Below are positions 9,671-23,574 of a DNA stretch of 64,000 bases, one piece after another. The notes under the pieces are model-generated. The model saw nothing but the letters and a program-made list of their open reading frames with translations, had not been told where the DNA came from and made no database searches. The translations under genes were made by a program, and so were the position numbers. How positions within the stretch are numbered: position 1 is the first letter of the stretch; each line of letters begins with the position of its first letter. Source of the stretch: an uncultured Chloroflexia bacterium (GTDB lineage Bacteria; Chloroflexota; Limnocylindria; Limnocylindrales; CSP1-4); the NCBI GenBank assembly GCA_963755115.1, contig CAVWIK010000003.1:359327-423326 (forward strand), read 5' to 3'.

Positions 9671-11227
9671 TCAGTGACGGAAGTGGCGACGACCCGTGAA
9701 CACCATCGCGAGATGATGGCGGTCGGCGACCTCGATGGCCATCTCGTCGCGGATCGAGCCGCCCGGCTGGATGATGGCGGTCACGCCGGCATTGGCCGCG
9801 GCCTGGATGCCATCGGGGAACGGGAAGTAGGCGTCCGATGCCATGACGGCGAGCCGGGCCCGGTCACCTGCGCGGCGGAGTGCGATCTCGACGGAGACCT
9901 GCCGCGATGCCTGTCCCGCGCCGATCCCGACGGTCGCCCCGTTGCGGGCGAGGACGATCGCATTGGACCGGACGTGGCGGACCGCGCGCCAGGCGAAGAG
10001 CAGGTCGGTCAGCTCTTCGAGCGTGGGCCGCCGCTTGGTGACCACCTGGAGCCGCCCGCGGTCGAGGCCGAGGTCGTCCTGCGTCTCCACGAGCAGCCCG
10101 CCGGCGACCCGCTTGAAGTCGAGGCTCGCGATGCCGTAGTCGCGCATCCCCTCGGTCGGGTCCGCCGGGACCGCGAGCAGCTCCACGCCGGTCTTCTCGC
10201 GCAGGATCCCGATGGCCGACTGGCTGAAGCCGGGCGCCACGACCGCCTCGTAGGAGTTCGCCGCGATCTCGCGCGCGGTCGCGCCGTCGAGCTCGCGATT
10301 GACCGCGACGATCCCGCCGAACGAGGCCACCGGATCGGTCTCGAGGGCGTGGCGATACGCCTCGACGAGTTCGTCGTCCGAGGCGAGCCCGACGGGGTCG
10401 GTGTGCTTGACGATCGCGACCGTCGGGGCGGTGTAGTCGCGGGCGATCCGATACGCGGCGTCGAGGTCGAGCAGGTTGTTGAACGAGGGCTGGTCGCCCT
10501 GGAGCTGCGTCGCGTCGGCCAGCGTGCCGCTGCGGTGGGTCGTCTCGCGGTAGAAGGCCGCCCGCTGGTGCGGGTTCTCCCCGTAGCGCAGGTCGTCCAC
10601 CTTCTCGAGGACCATCGCGAGGCGTCGCGGAAAGATGTTCCCGGAGATCTGGTTGAGGTAGGCGGCGATCTCCGCGTGGTACGCGGCGACCATGCTGAAG
10701 GCCTCGGCGGCGAGGCTGGCCCGGGTCTCCGCGCTCACGAGGCCGCGCTCGCGCAGCTCCGCGACGATCCGGTCGTACTGCGACGGGTCCGAGGCCGCCG
10801 CCACCCCGGCCGAGTTGCGGGCCGCGGCGCCGAGGAGCGCGGCACCCCCGACATCGATCATCTCGATCGCCTCGTCGAGACCGACGAGCTTGACGCCGAC
10901 GGCCGGGGCGAACGGCTTGACGTTGACGATGACGAGATCGATGGGGACGATGCCCTGCGCCTCGAGCTCGGCCATCTGGGCGGGCACGTCCCGTCGGGCG
11001 AGGATGCCCGCATAGACGGCGTGGTGGAAGGTCTTGACCTGGCCGCCGACCGTCGTCTGGCCGTCGGTCAGCTCGGCGACCGATCTGACCTCGATCCCGT
11101 CGCTCGCGAGGAACTCGCGGGTGCCGTCGGTGGCGTAGATGTCGACGTCGAGTGCATGCAGATCGCGCGCGAGAGCGGTGATGCCTGCGCGATCGGCGAC
11201 TGACAGCAGGGCTCGCACCCGGGGCAT
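9671..11227 (-). CDS. purH: Bifunctional AICAR formyltransferase / IMP cyclohydrolase
   Basis: [59 protein letters not shown] before ATG 11227. Confidence 0.96.
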   Translation of the reverse strand: MPRVRALLSVADRAGITALARDLHALDVDIYATDGTREFLASDGIEVRSVAELTDGQTTVGGQVKTFHHAVYAGILARRDVPAQMAELEAQGIVPIDLVIVNVKPFAPAVGVKLVGLDEAIEMIDVGGAALLGAAARNSAGVAAASDPSQYDRIVAELRERGLVSAETRASLAAEAFSMVAAYHAEIAAYLNQISGNIFPRRLAMVLEKVDDLRYGENPHQRAAFYRETTHRSGTLADATQLQGDQPSFNNLLDLDAAYRIARDYTAPTVAIVKHTDPVGLASDDELVEAYRHALETDPVASFGGIVAVNRELDGATAREIAANSYEAVVAPGFSQSAIGILREKTGVELLAVPADPTEGMRDYGIASLDFKRVAGGLLVETQDDLGLDRGRLQVVTKRRPTLEELTDLLFAWRAVRHVRSNAIVLARNGATVGIGAGQASRQVSVEIALRRAGDRARLAVMASDAYFPFPDGIQAAANAGVTAIIQPGGSIRDEMAIEVADRHHLAMVFTGRRHFRH

Positions 11228-11379
11228 TCCTCCCGTCCGACGGCTCCCCGGCGCGCTCGGGGGTCGCCGCGGAGAGGCGCCCCGTGGTGGGTCGATGGCG
11301 CCGCACCGCTCGGCCGAGTATAGCGCCCGGCATGGCATACTCCGGGGCGTCCACTGACATCCTGCGATGAGGTCGGCGC

Positions 11380-11829
11380 GTGACGCTCGCCCCCTGGGAC
11401 TACCTCTTCCTCTCGTTCAACAGCAAGAACTTCCCGGACCTGTTCCACCCGACGTGGATCGCCTCCCTGGTCCTGCTCGTCGTGCTCGCGGTCCTGTACT
11501 GGGCCCGGACCCGCGCGCTCCACCGGCACCCGCCGTACACCGAGATGTGGGAGTGGCTGTGGTGGACCGGGCTGATCACGTTCAGCCTGCTCATGGTCGA
11601 GGCGTTGTTCGTGTTCGACTTCTTCATCGTCCTGACCACCGAGATCATCGGCATCGGCACTCTCGTGTGGGTCCGGTTCATGCGGTTCCCGCCGATGCTC
11701 CGGGCGTACGAGACGAAGCTCGCCCGCGAGCGCTACTACACGAAACAGAAGTTCGCCGTCCCGGAGGCCACGATCCGGCGCCGGGGCGCGGGCGGCAAGC
11801 GGTCGCGCGGCCAGCGACGCCGGCGCTGA
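11380..11829 (+). CDS. Hypothetical membrane protein (about 3 TM segments, basic tail)
   Basis: 149 aa, hydrophobic segments, typical codon use. Confidence 0.7.
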   Translation: MTLAPWDYLFLSFNSKNFPDLFHPTWIASLVLLVVLAVLYWARTRALHRHPPYTEMWEWLWWTGLITFSLLMVEALFVFDFFIVLTTEIIGIGTLVWVRFMRFPPMLRAYETKLARERYYTKQKFAVPEATIRRRGAGGKRSRGQRRRR

Positions 11830-11854
11830 CGCGCCGGTCCGAGGCGCACGGTCG

Positions 11855-12322
11855 ATGACCATCGAGATCCACCGGTTCGGGGTCGGCCATCGGCGCCCGG
11901 AAGGGCCGCCCGGCACCACGGGCCTGACCGGTCGGACGATCCATTCGGACATGCGCGGCCTGATCGCCGAACTCGCGTTCGCGCGCGGGGCGCACATCGA
12001 GCCGCACGCGAACCCGAACACGACCTGGTTCATCGTCATCGAGGGCGGCGGCTGGGTCGGGGTCGGCGAGGAGCGGACCCGGGTCGCGGCCGGCGAGGCC
12101 GTCCTGTGGCCGGCGGACGTGACGCACACCGCCTGGACCGAGCACTCCGAGATGCGCGCGTTCGTCGTCGAGTTCATGGGGGCGGACGATACGGGCGTCG
12201 GGGCGTTCCTTGAAGGCCGCGCCGTCGAGATCGCCGCCATCACCGGCGAACGGGCCGACGGCGAGCTCGTCGAGCGCCCGTCGGACCGCTCGACGGATCC
12301 CGGGAGTGGTGAGCCGGCCTGA
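11855..12322 (+). CDS. Cupin-domain protein
   Basis: PHANPNTTWFIVIEGGG and WPADVTHTA cupin motifs. Confidence 0.8.
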   Translation: MTIEIHRFGVGHRRPEGPPGTTGLTGRTIHSDMRGLIAELAFARGAHIEPHANPNTTWFIVIEGGGWVGVGEERTRVAAGEAVLWPADVTHTAWTEHSEMRAFVVEFMGADDTGVGAFLEGRAVEIAAITGERADGELVERPSDRSTDPGSGEPA

Positions 12323-12364
12323 CCGCGGACGAGCCGCGATCAGGCCGGGGTCTCCTCCGGTGAC

Positions 12365-13882
12365 TTATCCGTCAAGGCGATCGGCGGCGTCGAGCAGGTC
12401 GAGGAAGTCGTGGACCTGGTCGGTCGCCGGCAGATCGCCGGCCGACTCGTCCGCGACCTGCAGGATCTCGCCGAGATCGAGCCGGCCGTCGAACGGGCTG
12501 TCGCGCAGGACCTCCGCCGAGGCCGCCACGATGGCATCGAAGCGGAAGTGCGGGTCCGTCCGCTCGAACGAGTTCGCCAGGTCGTGGCCGGTCACGTCGC
12601 GAGCAAGCTCCCGGCTCCCCCCATCGTCGGGATCGGTCCAGCGCAGCCGGACCGTCGCGAGCCGGTCGCCGTCGCGGATCCCCTCGCGGAGCCGGACCGC
12701 GTACAGCGCGGTCACCGCGTGGCCGGCGCCGATCGCCCCGGCCTCGACGTTCGGGTCGGTGAAGTCCTGGTCGGCGACGTCGCGGTTCTCGTATCCGACC
12801 AGCCGGTAGGCGGCGACGAGGTTCGGATCGAACTCGACCTGCACGCGGGCGTCGAGCGCGACGGACTGGAGCGTCGTGGTCAGCCGGTCACGAAACAGCG
12901 TCCGTGCCTCCTCGACATCGTTGACGTAGGCGTAGAACCCGTCGCCCTGGTCGGCGAGCTGTTCGAGCAGCGCGTCGTTGTAGTTGCCCATCCCGACGCC
13001 GACGCTCACGAGCTCGATCCCGGCGTCCGCGTCGTGACGGATCTGGCCCAGGATCCCGGCGCTGTCGGTCAGCCCGACGTTCGCGACCCCGTCGGAGGCG
13101 AGCACGACCCGGTCGATCCCGTCCTCGGTCAGGGCATCGCGGGCCTGCTCGTAGCCGAGCCGGAGCCCGGCCTCGAGGTTGGTCGAGCCGCCCGGCTTCA
13201 GGTGATCGATGGCGTCGAGGATCGTGTCGCGGTCCCGCGCCGAGGTCGAGGGCAGGACCACCCGCGCGTCGTCGCCGAACGTCACGACCGCCACCCGGTC
13301 GTCCCGGCCGAGCCCGTCGACGAGGATGCGCAGCGCGTCCTTGACGAGCTCGAGGCGGCCCTCCCGCTGCATCGAGCCCGAGGTATCGATGACGAACGTG
13401 AGCGAGGCGTCCTGCCGGGCGCGATCGCGGACGGGACGAGCCTGGAGCCCGATCCGCACCGTGACCTCGTCGGGGTCGGTGAACGGCGTCGGACCGCCGT
13501 CGGCGGAGATCTCGAACGCGTCGTCATCGGGCGCCCGGTAGCCCTGGTCGAAGGCGTTGACCCACTCCTCGACACGGACGCTCGCCGGATCGGGTCGGTG
13601 GCCGTCCTCGATGTAGCGCTGGGCGATGCCGTAGGACGCGGTGTCGACATCGAGGGCGAACGTGGAGACCCGGTCCTCGTCCGGGTCGACGAAGGGGTTG
13701 ACGCCCGGGTCCTGGTAGGTCACCCCGTCATAGGGCGTGCTCCGGGGCTGCTCGGGCGCCGCGGTCGGCTGGTGGTGGCCCGGGTCGGATCGCTCCGATG
13801 TCCCGTAGGAGGCCGACGAGGAACTGCTGCACCCGCTCGCCACGAGGGCGACGGCAGCCAGGGACAGGAGTGGCTTGCGCAT
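12365..13882 (-). CDS. VWA-domain lipoprotein (YfbK-like)
   Basis: Lipobox LVASG-C18, STFALDVDTASY, MIDAS motif DTSGS, LASDGVANVG, RLVGYENR. Confidence 0.88.
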   Translation of the reverse strand: MRKPLLSLAAVALVASGCSSSSSASYGTSERSDPGHHQPTAAPEQPRSTPYDGVTYQDPGVNPFVDPDEDRVSTFALDVDTASYGIAQRYIEDGHRPDPASVRVEEWVNAFDQGYRAPDDDAFEISADGGPTPFTDPDEVTVRIGLQARPVRDRARQDASLTFVIDTSGSMQREGRLELVKDALRILVDGLGRDDRVAVVTFGDDARVVLPSTSARDRDTILDAIDHLKPGGSTNLEAGLRLGYEQARDALTEDGIDRVVLASDGVANVGLTDSAGILGQIRHDADAGIELVSVGVGMGNYNDALLEQLADQGDGFYAYVNDVEEARTLFRDRLTTTLQSVALDARVQVEFDPNLVAAYRLVGYENRDVADQDFTDPNVEAGAIGAGHAVTALYAVRLREGIRDGDRLATVRLRWTDPDDGGSRELARDVTGHDLANSFERTDPHFRFDAIVAASAEVLRDSPFDGRLDLGEILQVADESAGDLPATDQVHDFLDLLDAADRLDG

Positions 13883-14082
13883 GGCGCAACCTCCCTGCGA
13901 AGAGCCCGCGAGGGCTCCCGGCCACGTGGGCGGGATCGACGGTGCGGTCCCGCAGGTCCCGAATCGACGCCGCGATGTGCGTCGTCGGGCCGTCGCCACG
14001 ACGCCGGTCGGGGCCTGCCGGTTCCCGCCTCGTGGGATGGCCTCCTCCGGGCGCTCCCCGGGCCCGCGGGTCCGATCCCGCT

Positions 14083-15342
14083 TCAGGCCCGGATCAGCCC
14101 CCGGCGCCGAGCCGCGCTCCGGATCCGCCCGCCGAGCCGCTTCGTCTGCCGGGCGAGCCCGCTGATCCGCGTCTGGCCGGTGTACGTCACGGGTGGCGGG
14201 AATGGCGTCGCCGCCATCCGCTCGTCGAACCGTGTGGGGTCCTCGCCAGGCTCGAAGACGTGCCCGAGGTCGTGGCGCCCGAGGAACCCCGTGAACGTCG
14301 CGAACCTCGCGGCGTGGCCGCGCTGGAGCTCGCCATAGTCGGCCTCCTCGTACAGCTCGGCCGCATCCGTCTCGGGTGGCACGGCGGTCATGATCCGGTG
14401 CGGGATCCCGAAGTAGCGGGCGAGCTCGAGCGTCCGGGAGTCGTGGGCCAGGACGTACGCGGGGGTCCCGGCCAGGAGCGCGGCGATGTTGCCGTGGATC
14501 CGGGTGCCGAACGAGAAGTCCACGTCGCGCAGTCCCTCGATCCACGGCCACGGGTCGACGTACATGCGCGTCCGGTCCTGCTGGAAGAGCGGATGCGACG
14601 CATGGATCGGGTTCAGGGCGTGGTCGTCGGGGGCCGGCGCCGGGTCGCCCCAGAGCATCAGCTCGAGTGTCGCGAGGTCCTGCGCGATGTATCGGAGGGC
14701 CGGGTAGCGCTCGACGTGCGACATGACGAGCGGGCCCATCGCCTTGACATACGGCGAGACGTTCATCGCGATCGGGGTCGCGCCGGTCAGGGCCGGCACC
14801 CGCTTCTCGACGACGAGGCGGTCCCCATGGAGGAACATCGAGGGGCAGCCGATGACCTCGACGTCGCGGAAGCCGAGACCCTGCAGGTAGTCATACGTGA
14901 ACTCGCCACGCACGCCGACCGAGGGGGCCCGGTCGAGCGCCGCGCGCATGAAGGCCCGGACGGAGCCTTCGAGCCGCGCCAGCTTGGCCGCGTCGTACTT
15001 CACCGTCGACTGGGCGCCGACCCCGAGCACGACGACCGGGATCGTCAGGCGCTCGATCAGTCGTGTCATGGCGATGAGCTTGGCCTCGAAGCTCGGGCGG
15101 AAGGCATTCGCCAGCGGGACGACGTACGCATCGAAGCGCTCGTTGATCCGATCGGCACCCAGCCGGTCGGCCTCGAACCGGTCGGGCGTGATCTCGATCC
15201 CGCTCGTGGCGAGGAGCTTGTACGCGGCCTCGATGAAGATGAGGTTGCCGCTGTTGTTGCCGATGAGGTTCTGCTCGAGCGTGCGCTCGGGGGAGACCAC
15301 CTCGAACGGATCCTTGGGGGCGCGGAGGAGGATGCGCTTCAC
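14083..15342 (-). CDS. Polysaccharide pyruvyl transferase family protein
   Basis: GNNSGN, VGVRGEFT, VIGCPS, FSFGTRIHG. Confidence 0.8.
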   Translation of the reverse strand: MKRILLRAPKDPFEVVSPERTLEQNLIGNNSGNLIFIEAAYKLLATSGIEITPDRFEADRLGADRINERFDAYVVPLANAFRPSFEAKLIAMTRLIERLTIPVVVLGVGAQSTVKYDAAKLARLEGSVRAFMRAALDRAPSVGVRGEFTYDYLQGLGFRDVEVIGCPSMFLHGDRLVVEKRVPALTGATPIAMNVSPYVKAMGPLVMSHVERYPALRYIAQDLATLELMLWGDPAPAPDDHALNPIHASHPLFQQDRTRMYVDPWPWIEGLRDVDFSFGTRIHGNIAALLAGTPAYVLAHDSRTLELARYFGIPHRIMTAVPPETDAAELYEEADYGELQRGHAARFATFTGFLGRHDLGHVFEPGEDPTRFDERMAATPFPPPVTYTGQTRISGLARQTKRLGGRIRSAARRRGLIRA

Positions 15343-15399
15343 GCCGGCAACGATATCGTCCGCGGCCGCCCCGGGTCGCCGGCCGTCCCGAGTGCGGCC

Positions 15400-16041
15400 T
15401 CAGCGAAGCGCGAGGATGGCGCCGAGCTGGCTCAGCACGCGCGCGGTGGCACCCCAGACCGACAGCCCCTCCACCTCGTAGGCGCCGTAGCGCAGCGGCC
15501 AGTCGCGGACCGTCCGTTCGACGATCCGGATCGACGCTCCGGGCAGGAACGCGTCCATCCGCGGCTCGACGATCCGTGCCACCTCGCGCGGTGACGGCGC
15601 GAGCACGGGCTGTCGCGCGGCGAGCGCGACGACCGGCGTGACCGCGAAGTCACTCACCGGGATCCAGAACGACTCCAGGACGCCGACGACCCGGACCCCC
15701 GCGGCGACGGGGTCGAGCGCGACCTCCTCGGCCGCCTCCCGCAGGGCCGTGGCGACGACATCGGCATCGTCGGGCTCCGCCTTGCCTCCCGGAAAGCTCA
15801 CCTCGCCGGAATGGTGGCCGCCGCCGGTCGTCCGCTCGATGAGGACGATCCGTGCCGCCCCCTCGGCATCGGGGTAGAGGAGCGCGAGGACGGCCGCGGG
15901 ACGACCGGGCCGACCACGCGGTGGCGTGCGGGCGGGCCGCAGGTCGTCGCGACCGACGAGGACCGGCATGAGGACCTCGGCCGGCGCCGGCAGCGGCTCG
16001 GGCAGGACCGCCAGCCGCTCGACCGCGTCCGCGAACCGCAT
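15400..16041 (-). CDS. Nudix hydrolase, CoA pyrophosphatase type
   Basis: HSGEVSFPGGKAE...ALREAAEEVAL Nudix box and VWGATA. Confidence 0.88.
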   Translation of the reverse strand: MRFADAVERLAVLPEPLPAPAEVLMPVLVGRDDLRPARTPPRGRPGRPAAVLALLYPDAEGAARIVLIERTTGGGHHSGEVSFPGGKAEPDDADVVATALREAAEEVALDPVAAGVRVVGVLESFWIPVSDFAVTPVVALAARQPVLAPSPREVARIVEPRMDAFLPGASIRIVERTVRDWPLRYGAYEVEGLSVWGATARVLSQLGAILALR

Positions 16042-16057
16042 CGCCGCCGGTCGCCGG

Positions 16058-18798
<2,741 letters not shown>

Positions 18799-18832
18799 CT
18801 GTTCGTTCTCGTGCGTGTCTGGTGGCCGCGGA

Positions 18833-19877
18833 TCAGCGCGGGTCTGGCTGGTGGGCCAGCTCGAAGAAGTGGCGGGCGGCCTCGGTGGCCTCGTCGGAGA
18901 GGTCCGTCGGCAGGACGACCCGCACGCGGGTGTAGAGATCGCCGTACGTGTCGGCGCCGAGCTTCGGCATCCCCTGCCCCGCGAGTCGGAACATCCGCCC
19001 GGGCTGGGTCCCGGCGGGGATCTTGAGGAGTCCGCGACCCTTGATGGTCCGGACCGGCACCTCGGCCCCGAGCAGGGCCTCCTCCAGGGTCACGGGCAGC
19101 TCGCGCTCGAGATCCGCGCCACGGCGGGTGAAGATCTTGTGGGGCGTCATCCGCACGACCACGTGCAGGTCGCCGCCACCCGGCGCCTTGCCGGAGAGCC
19201 GGACCCGGGTGCCGGTGTCGGCGCCGCGCGGGATCGTGACCTCGAGGCGCTTGCCGTCGAGCTCGATCAGCCGGGTCGTCCCGTGATAGGCCTCCTCGAG
19301 CGTGATGTCGGCGATGGCCTCGGCGGCGGGCGCCTGCCGGCGACTGCCGGCGGTCCCGCGCGGTCCCGTTCGCGCCCGCGGACGACGCGGACTGGTCGAG
19401 CCCGAGACCGGCGGCGATGTCGTCGAACGTGGCCCCGCCGGTCGGGCGGCGGCCGCGACCCGGGCTCGACGACGCCACGGTCGGGCCGTCGTCGCCGAAG
19501 AAGACCCGGAAGAAGTCACTGAACTCGCCGGCGTCGCCGGTCGTGTGGAACTCGTATCGGACGCCGCCACCACCGGGGTTCGAGAACCCCGCGAACGGGC
19601 TGCCCGCGGGGCCGCTGCCGGACGAGCCCCAGCCGGTCCCAAGGGCGTCATAGCGCTGGCGCTTGCCCGGGTCGGACAGGACCTCGTTGGCCTCGTTGAT
19701 GTCCTTGAAGCGCTGCTCGGCGACCCGGTCGTCGGGCTTCGCATCGGGGTGATGCTGACGGGCGAGCTTCCGGAAGGCCTTCTTGATCTCGGCCTGTGAC
19801 GCCGTCCTCGGCACGCCGAGGACGGCGTAGTAGTCCTTGTACTCGAGGCCCGGCGCCCCGGGCCTGCTACCTGCCAA
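18833..19877 (-). CDS. dnaJ: DnaJ class B (CbpA-like) co-chaperone without zinc finger (frameshift ~19380)
   Basis: YKDYY...HHPD J-domain, G/F-rich linker, C-terminal [16 protein letters not shown] start with GGGAGG RBS. Confidence 0.9.
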
Positions 19878-19890
19878 CCTGGTCCTCCCG

Positions 19891-22377
19891 TCAGGAGCTC
19901 TTGACCACCACGGGCGGCTGGTCGGTCGGGAAGTCCCGACGCCGGACGCGAGGCTCCGGCGATGGCTCGATGGGGTCGTCGCCCTTGACGACCTTCGGGG
20001 GCTCGGCCGGGAGGCCCTTCGGCTTGCGCCGGAGGGCGGCCTCCAGGACCTGCTCCATGTTGTCGACGAGGATGAGCTTGATCGACTTGCGGATCTCCTC
20101 GGGGATATCGCGCAGGTCCTTCTCGTTCTTCCTCGGGAGGATGACGATCTTGGCGCCCGAGAGGTGGGCGGCCAGGATCTTGCTCTTGAGCCCGCCGATC
20201 GGGAGGACCCGACCGCGCAGGGTGATCTCACCAGTCATCGCCACGTCCTTGCGCACGGGGATGCCGGTCAGGGCGCTCACGATGGCCGTGGCCATGGTGA
20301 TCCCGGCCGAGGGACCATCCTTGGGGATGGCGCCCGCAGGCACGTGGATGTGCAGGGTGTTCCGCTCGAAGACCTCGCGCGGGATGCCGAGCGCGTGCGC
20401 GTTGGCACGGGTCCACGAGAGACCGGCGCGTGCCGATTCCCGCATGACCTCACCCAGCTGGCCGGTGAGGATGAAGTCCTCCTTGCCTTCCATCCGGGTG
20501 ACCTCGATGGCGACGACGTCGCCGCCGACCTCGGTCACGACCAGGCCCGTCGCCGAGCCGATCTGGTCCTCGGCCTCGAGCTCGCCGTACTCGAACCGCT
20601 GCGGGCCGAGCAGCTCCGCGAGCTTCTTCGGGTCGATGACGGTCTTGCGCTTGCGGCCCTCGGCGACCTGCCGGGCGACCTTGCGCATGACGTTGGCGAG
20701 CTCGCGCTCGAGGTTCCGGACACCCGCTTCGTGGGTGTAGGCGCGGACGAGCTCGGTCATCGCCTCGTCGGTGATCTCGATGTGCTTGGCCTGCAGGCCG
20801 TGGTTCTTCATCTGCTTGGGGACGAGGAACCGCTTCCCGATCTCGATCTTCTCCTGCTCCGTGTAGCCGGGGAGCTGGACGACCTCCATCCGGTCGCGCA
20901 GGGCGGCGGGGATGGGATCGAGCAGGTTCGCGGTCGCCACGAAGAGGACCTTGGAGAGGTCGAACGGCACCTCGAGGTAGTTGTCCTGGAAGGTGTTGTT
21001 CTGCTCCGGGTCGAGGACCTCGAGCAGCGCCGAGCTCGGATCGCCACGGAAGTCCATGCCGATCTTGTCGACCTCGTCGAGCATGAACACGGGGTTGTTC
21101 GTGCCGCCGGTCTTGATGCTCTGGATGATGCGACCCGGCAGGGCGCCGATGTACGTGCGCCGGTGCCCGCGGATCTCCGCCTCGTCGTGGATGCCGCCGA
21201 GGCTCATCCGGACGAACTTGCGACCCATGGCCCGGGCGATGCTCTTGCCGAGCGAGGTCTTGCCGACGCCGGGCGGTCCGACGAAGGCGAGGATCGGGCT
21301 GCGGATCTCGTCGGCGAGGGTCCGTACGGCGAGGTACTCGAGGATCCGCTCCTTGATCTTCTCGAGGCCGTAGTGGTCCTCGTCGAGGATGCGGGCGGCT
21401 TCCTTGATGTCGAGCTGGTCATCCGTGGAGACGTTCCATGGCAGGCCGACGAGCCAGTCCACGTAGGTCCGGATGACCCCGACCTCGGGCGACGCCGACG
21501 GGATCCGGCTCATCCGGTCGATCTCCTTGATCGCCCGGACCTTGATCTCCTCGGGCATCCCGGCGCTCTCGACCTTGTCGCGCAGCTCGTTGATCTCGGC
21601 CTGCTGCGGGTCGTCCTCGCCCAGCTCGCGCTGGATGGCCTTCAGCTGCTCGCGGAGGATGTACTCCCGCTGGGTCTTGTCCATCTCGGACTTGACCTCG
21701 GACTGGATCCGCCCCTTCAGCTCGAGGATCTCGATCTGGCGGCCGAGGAAGTTCGACACGAGCTTGAGGCGCTCGACGATGTCGACCGTCTCGAGGAGCT
21801 CCTGGCGCTGCTCGGTCGTCATGTCCGGGCTGTAGGCGACCATGTCGGCCAGCAGGCCCGGCTCGGTGATGTTGCGCGCGGCCACGGCGGCCTCCGGCGG
21901 GACCGGCGCGCCGTTCGCGACGTACTGCTCGATCTGGGCCTGGACGGTCCGCATCAGCGCCTGGACCTCGAGGCCGGTGGGGCTCTCGTCGGCCAGCTCG
22001 GTGACCGTCGCCCGCAGGTACGGGCCGGTCTCCGTGAAGCCGTGGACGCGCAGGCGCGACTGGCCCTGGACGATGGCCCGGACGGTGCCGTCCTGGAGCT
22101 GCACGACCTGGGCGATCTTCGCGAGCGTGCCGATCTCGTAGAGCTCGGACGGGTCGTCGATGTCTTCCTGCTCGGCGTGTCGCTGGGTCACCAGCGCGAT
22201 GGGCCCGCCGTCGGCGACCGCGGCGTTGAGCGCGTTCACACTCTTCTCGCGGCCCACCTGGAGCGGGACGATCATCTCCGGGAAGATGACCGTCTCCCGC
22301 AGGGCGACGAGGGGCAGTTCTCGCGGTCCGGCGGTGGTCGGCTGCTTCTCGACCGGGGTGGACGGTCGCTTGGCCAT
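19891..22377 (-). CDS. lon: ATP-dependent Lon protease
   Basis: [21 protein letters not shown] catalytic Ser, PIGGLKSK. Confidence 0.97.
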   Translation of the reverse strand: MAKRPSTPVEKQPTTAGPRELPLVALRETVIFPEMIVPLQVGREKSVNALNAAVADGGPIALVTQRHAEQEDIDDPSELYEIGTLAKIAQVVQLQDGTVRAIVQGQSRLRVHGFTETGPYLRATVTELADESPTGLEVQALMRTVQAQIEQYVANGAPVPPEAAVAARNITEPGLLADMVAYSPDMTTEQRQELLETVDIVERLKLVSNFLGRQIEILELKGRIQSEVKSEMDKTQREYILREQLKAIQRELGEDDPQQAEINELRDKVESAGMPEEIKVRAIKEIDRMSRIPSASPEVGVIRTYVDWLVGLPWNVSTDDQLDIKEAARILDEDHYGLEKIKERILEYLAVRTLADEIRSPILAFVGPPGVGKTSLGKSIARAMGRKFVRMSLGGIHDEAEIRGHRRTYIGALPGRIIQSIKTGGTNNPVFMLDEVDKIGMDFRGDPSSALLEVLDPEQNNTFQDNYLEVPFDLSKVLFVATANLLDPIPAALRDRMEVVQLPGYTEQEKIEIGKRFLVPKQMKNHGLQAKHIEITDEAMTELVRAYTHEAGVRNLERELANVMRKVARQVAEGRKRKTVIDPKKLAELLGPQRFEYGELEAEDQIGSATGLVVTEVGGDVVAIEVTRMEGKEDFILTGQLGEVMRESARAGLSWTRANAHALGIPREVFERNTLHIHVPAGAIPKDGPSAGITMATAIVSALTGIPVRKDVAMTGEITLRGRVLPIGGLKSKILAAHLSGAKIVILPRKNEKDLRDIPEEIRKSIKLILVDNMEQVLEAALRRKPKGLPAEPPKVVKGDDPIEPSPEPRVRRRDFPTDQPPVVVKSS

Positions 22378-22401
22378 CAGGGTGTTCTCCTAGTGCTGGT
22401 G

Positions 22402-22785
22402 CTACGCGCTGGTGCGTGTGTCGTGGGGTTGCGGTGATCCGGTCGGATCGCCGGTCGGTTCGGGTTCGGACGCCTCGACGGCGGCCGTTCCCTCGGCATA
22501 CAAGGCCTCGAGGATCCGCGCCCCCAGGCGCTCCTCGAGCTCGAAGAGGATCCGGATGCCGGCGAGGTTCACCCCGCGCTCCCGGGTCAGGTGGCGGATC
22601 CACAGGATCCGGCGGATGTCGTTCTCGCTGTAGAGGCGGATGTTGGTCGGCGTCCGTGCCGGGCAGAGGAGCCCCTCGTCCTCGTAGATCCGCAGCGTCC
22701 GGGGATGCGCGCTGACGAGCGTCGCGGCCACGCTGATGACGTAGACGGGCTGCGTCGGGTCTCGATCCGGACGGGTGACTGTCAT
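22402..22785 (-). CDS. hspR: MerR-family heat-shock repressor
   Basis: VYVISVAATLVSAHPRTLRIYEDEGLL..R..RLYSENDI..GVNLAGI. First gene of the lon-dnaJ-clpB run. Confidence 0.85.
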   Translation of the reverse strand: MTVTRPDRDPTQPVYVISVAATLVSAHPRTLRIYEDEGLLCPARTPTNIRLYSENDIRRILWIRHLTRERGVNLAGIRILFELEERLGARILEALYAEGTAAVEASEPEPTGDPTGSPQPHDTRTSA

Positions 22786-22790
22786 CCCGG

Positions 22791-22821
22791 ATGCTAAGAA
22801 CGTTGACAATGGCGTTGTCAA
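22791..22821 (-). promoter_or_regulatory. hspR promoter (TTGACA -35, 19-nt spacer, TAGCAT -10) overlapped by a TTGACA-N7-TGTCAA operator
   Basis: Palindrome at 22803-22821. The -10 (22796-22791) lies 5 nt from the ATG. Confidence 0.7.
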
Positions 22822-22889
22822 GAGTTCTGCGCTATCCGTTGATTGAATTCCTTGGTCGAGCCGGCGTCCGGGATGCCGGGCCGGGGCCC

Positions 22890-23573
22890 TCAGGCGTCGG
22901 CGCCGATGGGCTCCGTGTCGCCGATGAGCTGGCCGTGGAGGAGCTCCTGGCACTCCGCCTTGCCGATGGCGATCACCTTGTCGCCCTCGAGCATGACGGT
23001 GTCGGGACGGAGCGGCGTCGCGACGCCGTCGCGAATCACCGCGAAGAGCGAACAGCCCTCCGGGATCGAGAGGTCCTTCGGCGCCCGGCCGATGGCCGGC
23101 GATCCCGCCTGGAGGTGCGCCTCGATCAGCTCGAGCTCGCCCTCACCGAGCGTGGCCAGGTGGAGCAGCTCGTGGACGGGGATGTCCTGCTCGATCGAGC
23201 CCAGGATCATCCGGGTCGGGCTGATCAGCTCGTCGACGCCGAGGTGGCGGAAGAGCTGCTCGTTCTTGGGGTTGTTGACGCGGGCGATCGTCCGCGGGAC
23301 GTCGAAATGGTGCTTGGCCATCTGGCAGATCACGAGGTTGTCCTCGTCGTCGCCCGTGACGGCCGCCACGACGTCGGCGCGGTTGCAGCCGGCCTCGGCG
23401 AGATACTTGCCCTCGCAGCCGTCGTGCGGGATGACGATCGAGCCGATCTCGTCGGCGATCTGGCCCGCGCGCGACGGGTCCTTCTCCATGAGCGCGACCT
23501 CATGGCCCGCTTCGACGAGCTCCTTGGCGAGGTAGTAGCCGACCTTTCCGCCACCGACGACGAGCACGAACAC
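22890..23573 (-). CDS. trkA: TrkA/KtrA-family potassium regulatory subunit (RCK_N + RCK_C)
   Basis: VVGGGKVG, VTGDDEDN, IARVNNP. GTG follows the upstream stop by 1 nt. Confidence 0.9.
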   Translation of the reverse strand: MFVLVVGGGKVGYYLAKELVEAGHEVALMEKDPSRAGQIADEIGSIVIPHDGCEGKYLAEAGCNRADVVAAVTGDDEDNLVICQMAKHHFDVPRTIARVNNPKNEQLFRHLGVDELISPTRMILGSIEQDIPVHELLHLATLGEGELELIEAHLQAGSPAIGRAPKDLSIPEGCSLFAVIRDGVATPLRPDTVMLEGDKVIAIGKAECQELLHGQLIGDTEPIGADA

Positions 23574-23574
23574 G

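Noticed and set aside
11228-11320. ZTP (pfl) riboswitch upstream of purH
   Set aside because: CCACCACGGGG is reminiscent, but the GACUGGCG and GCCUGGGC pseudoknot elements are missing.
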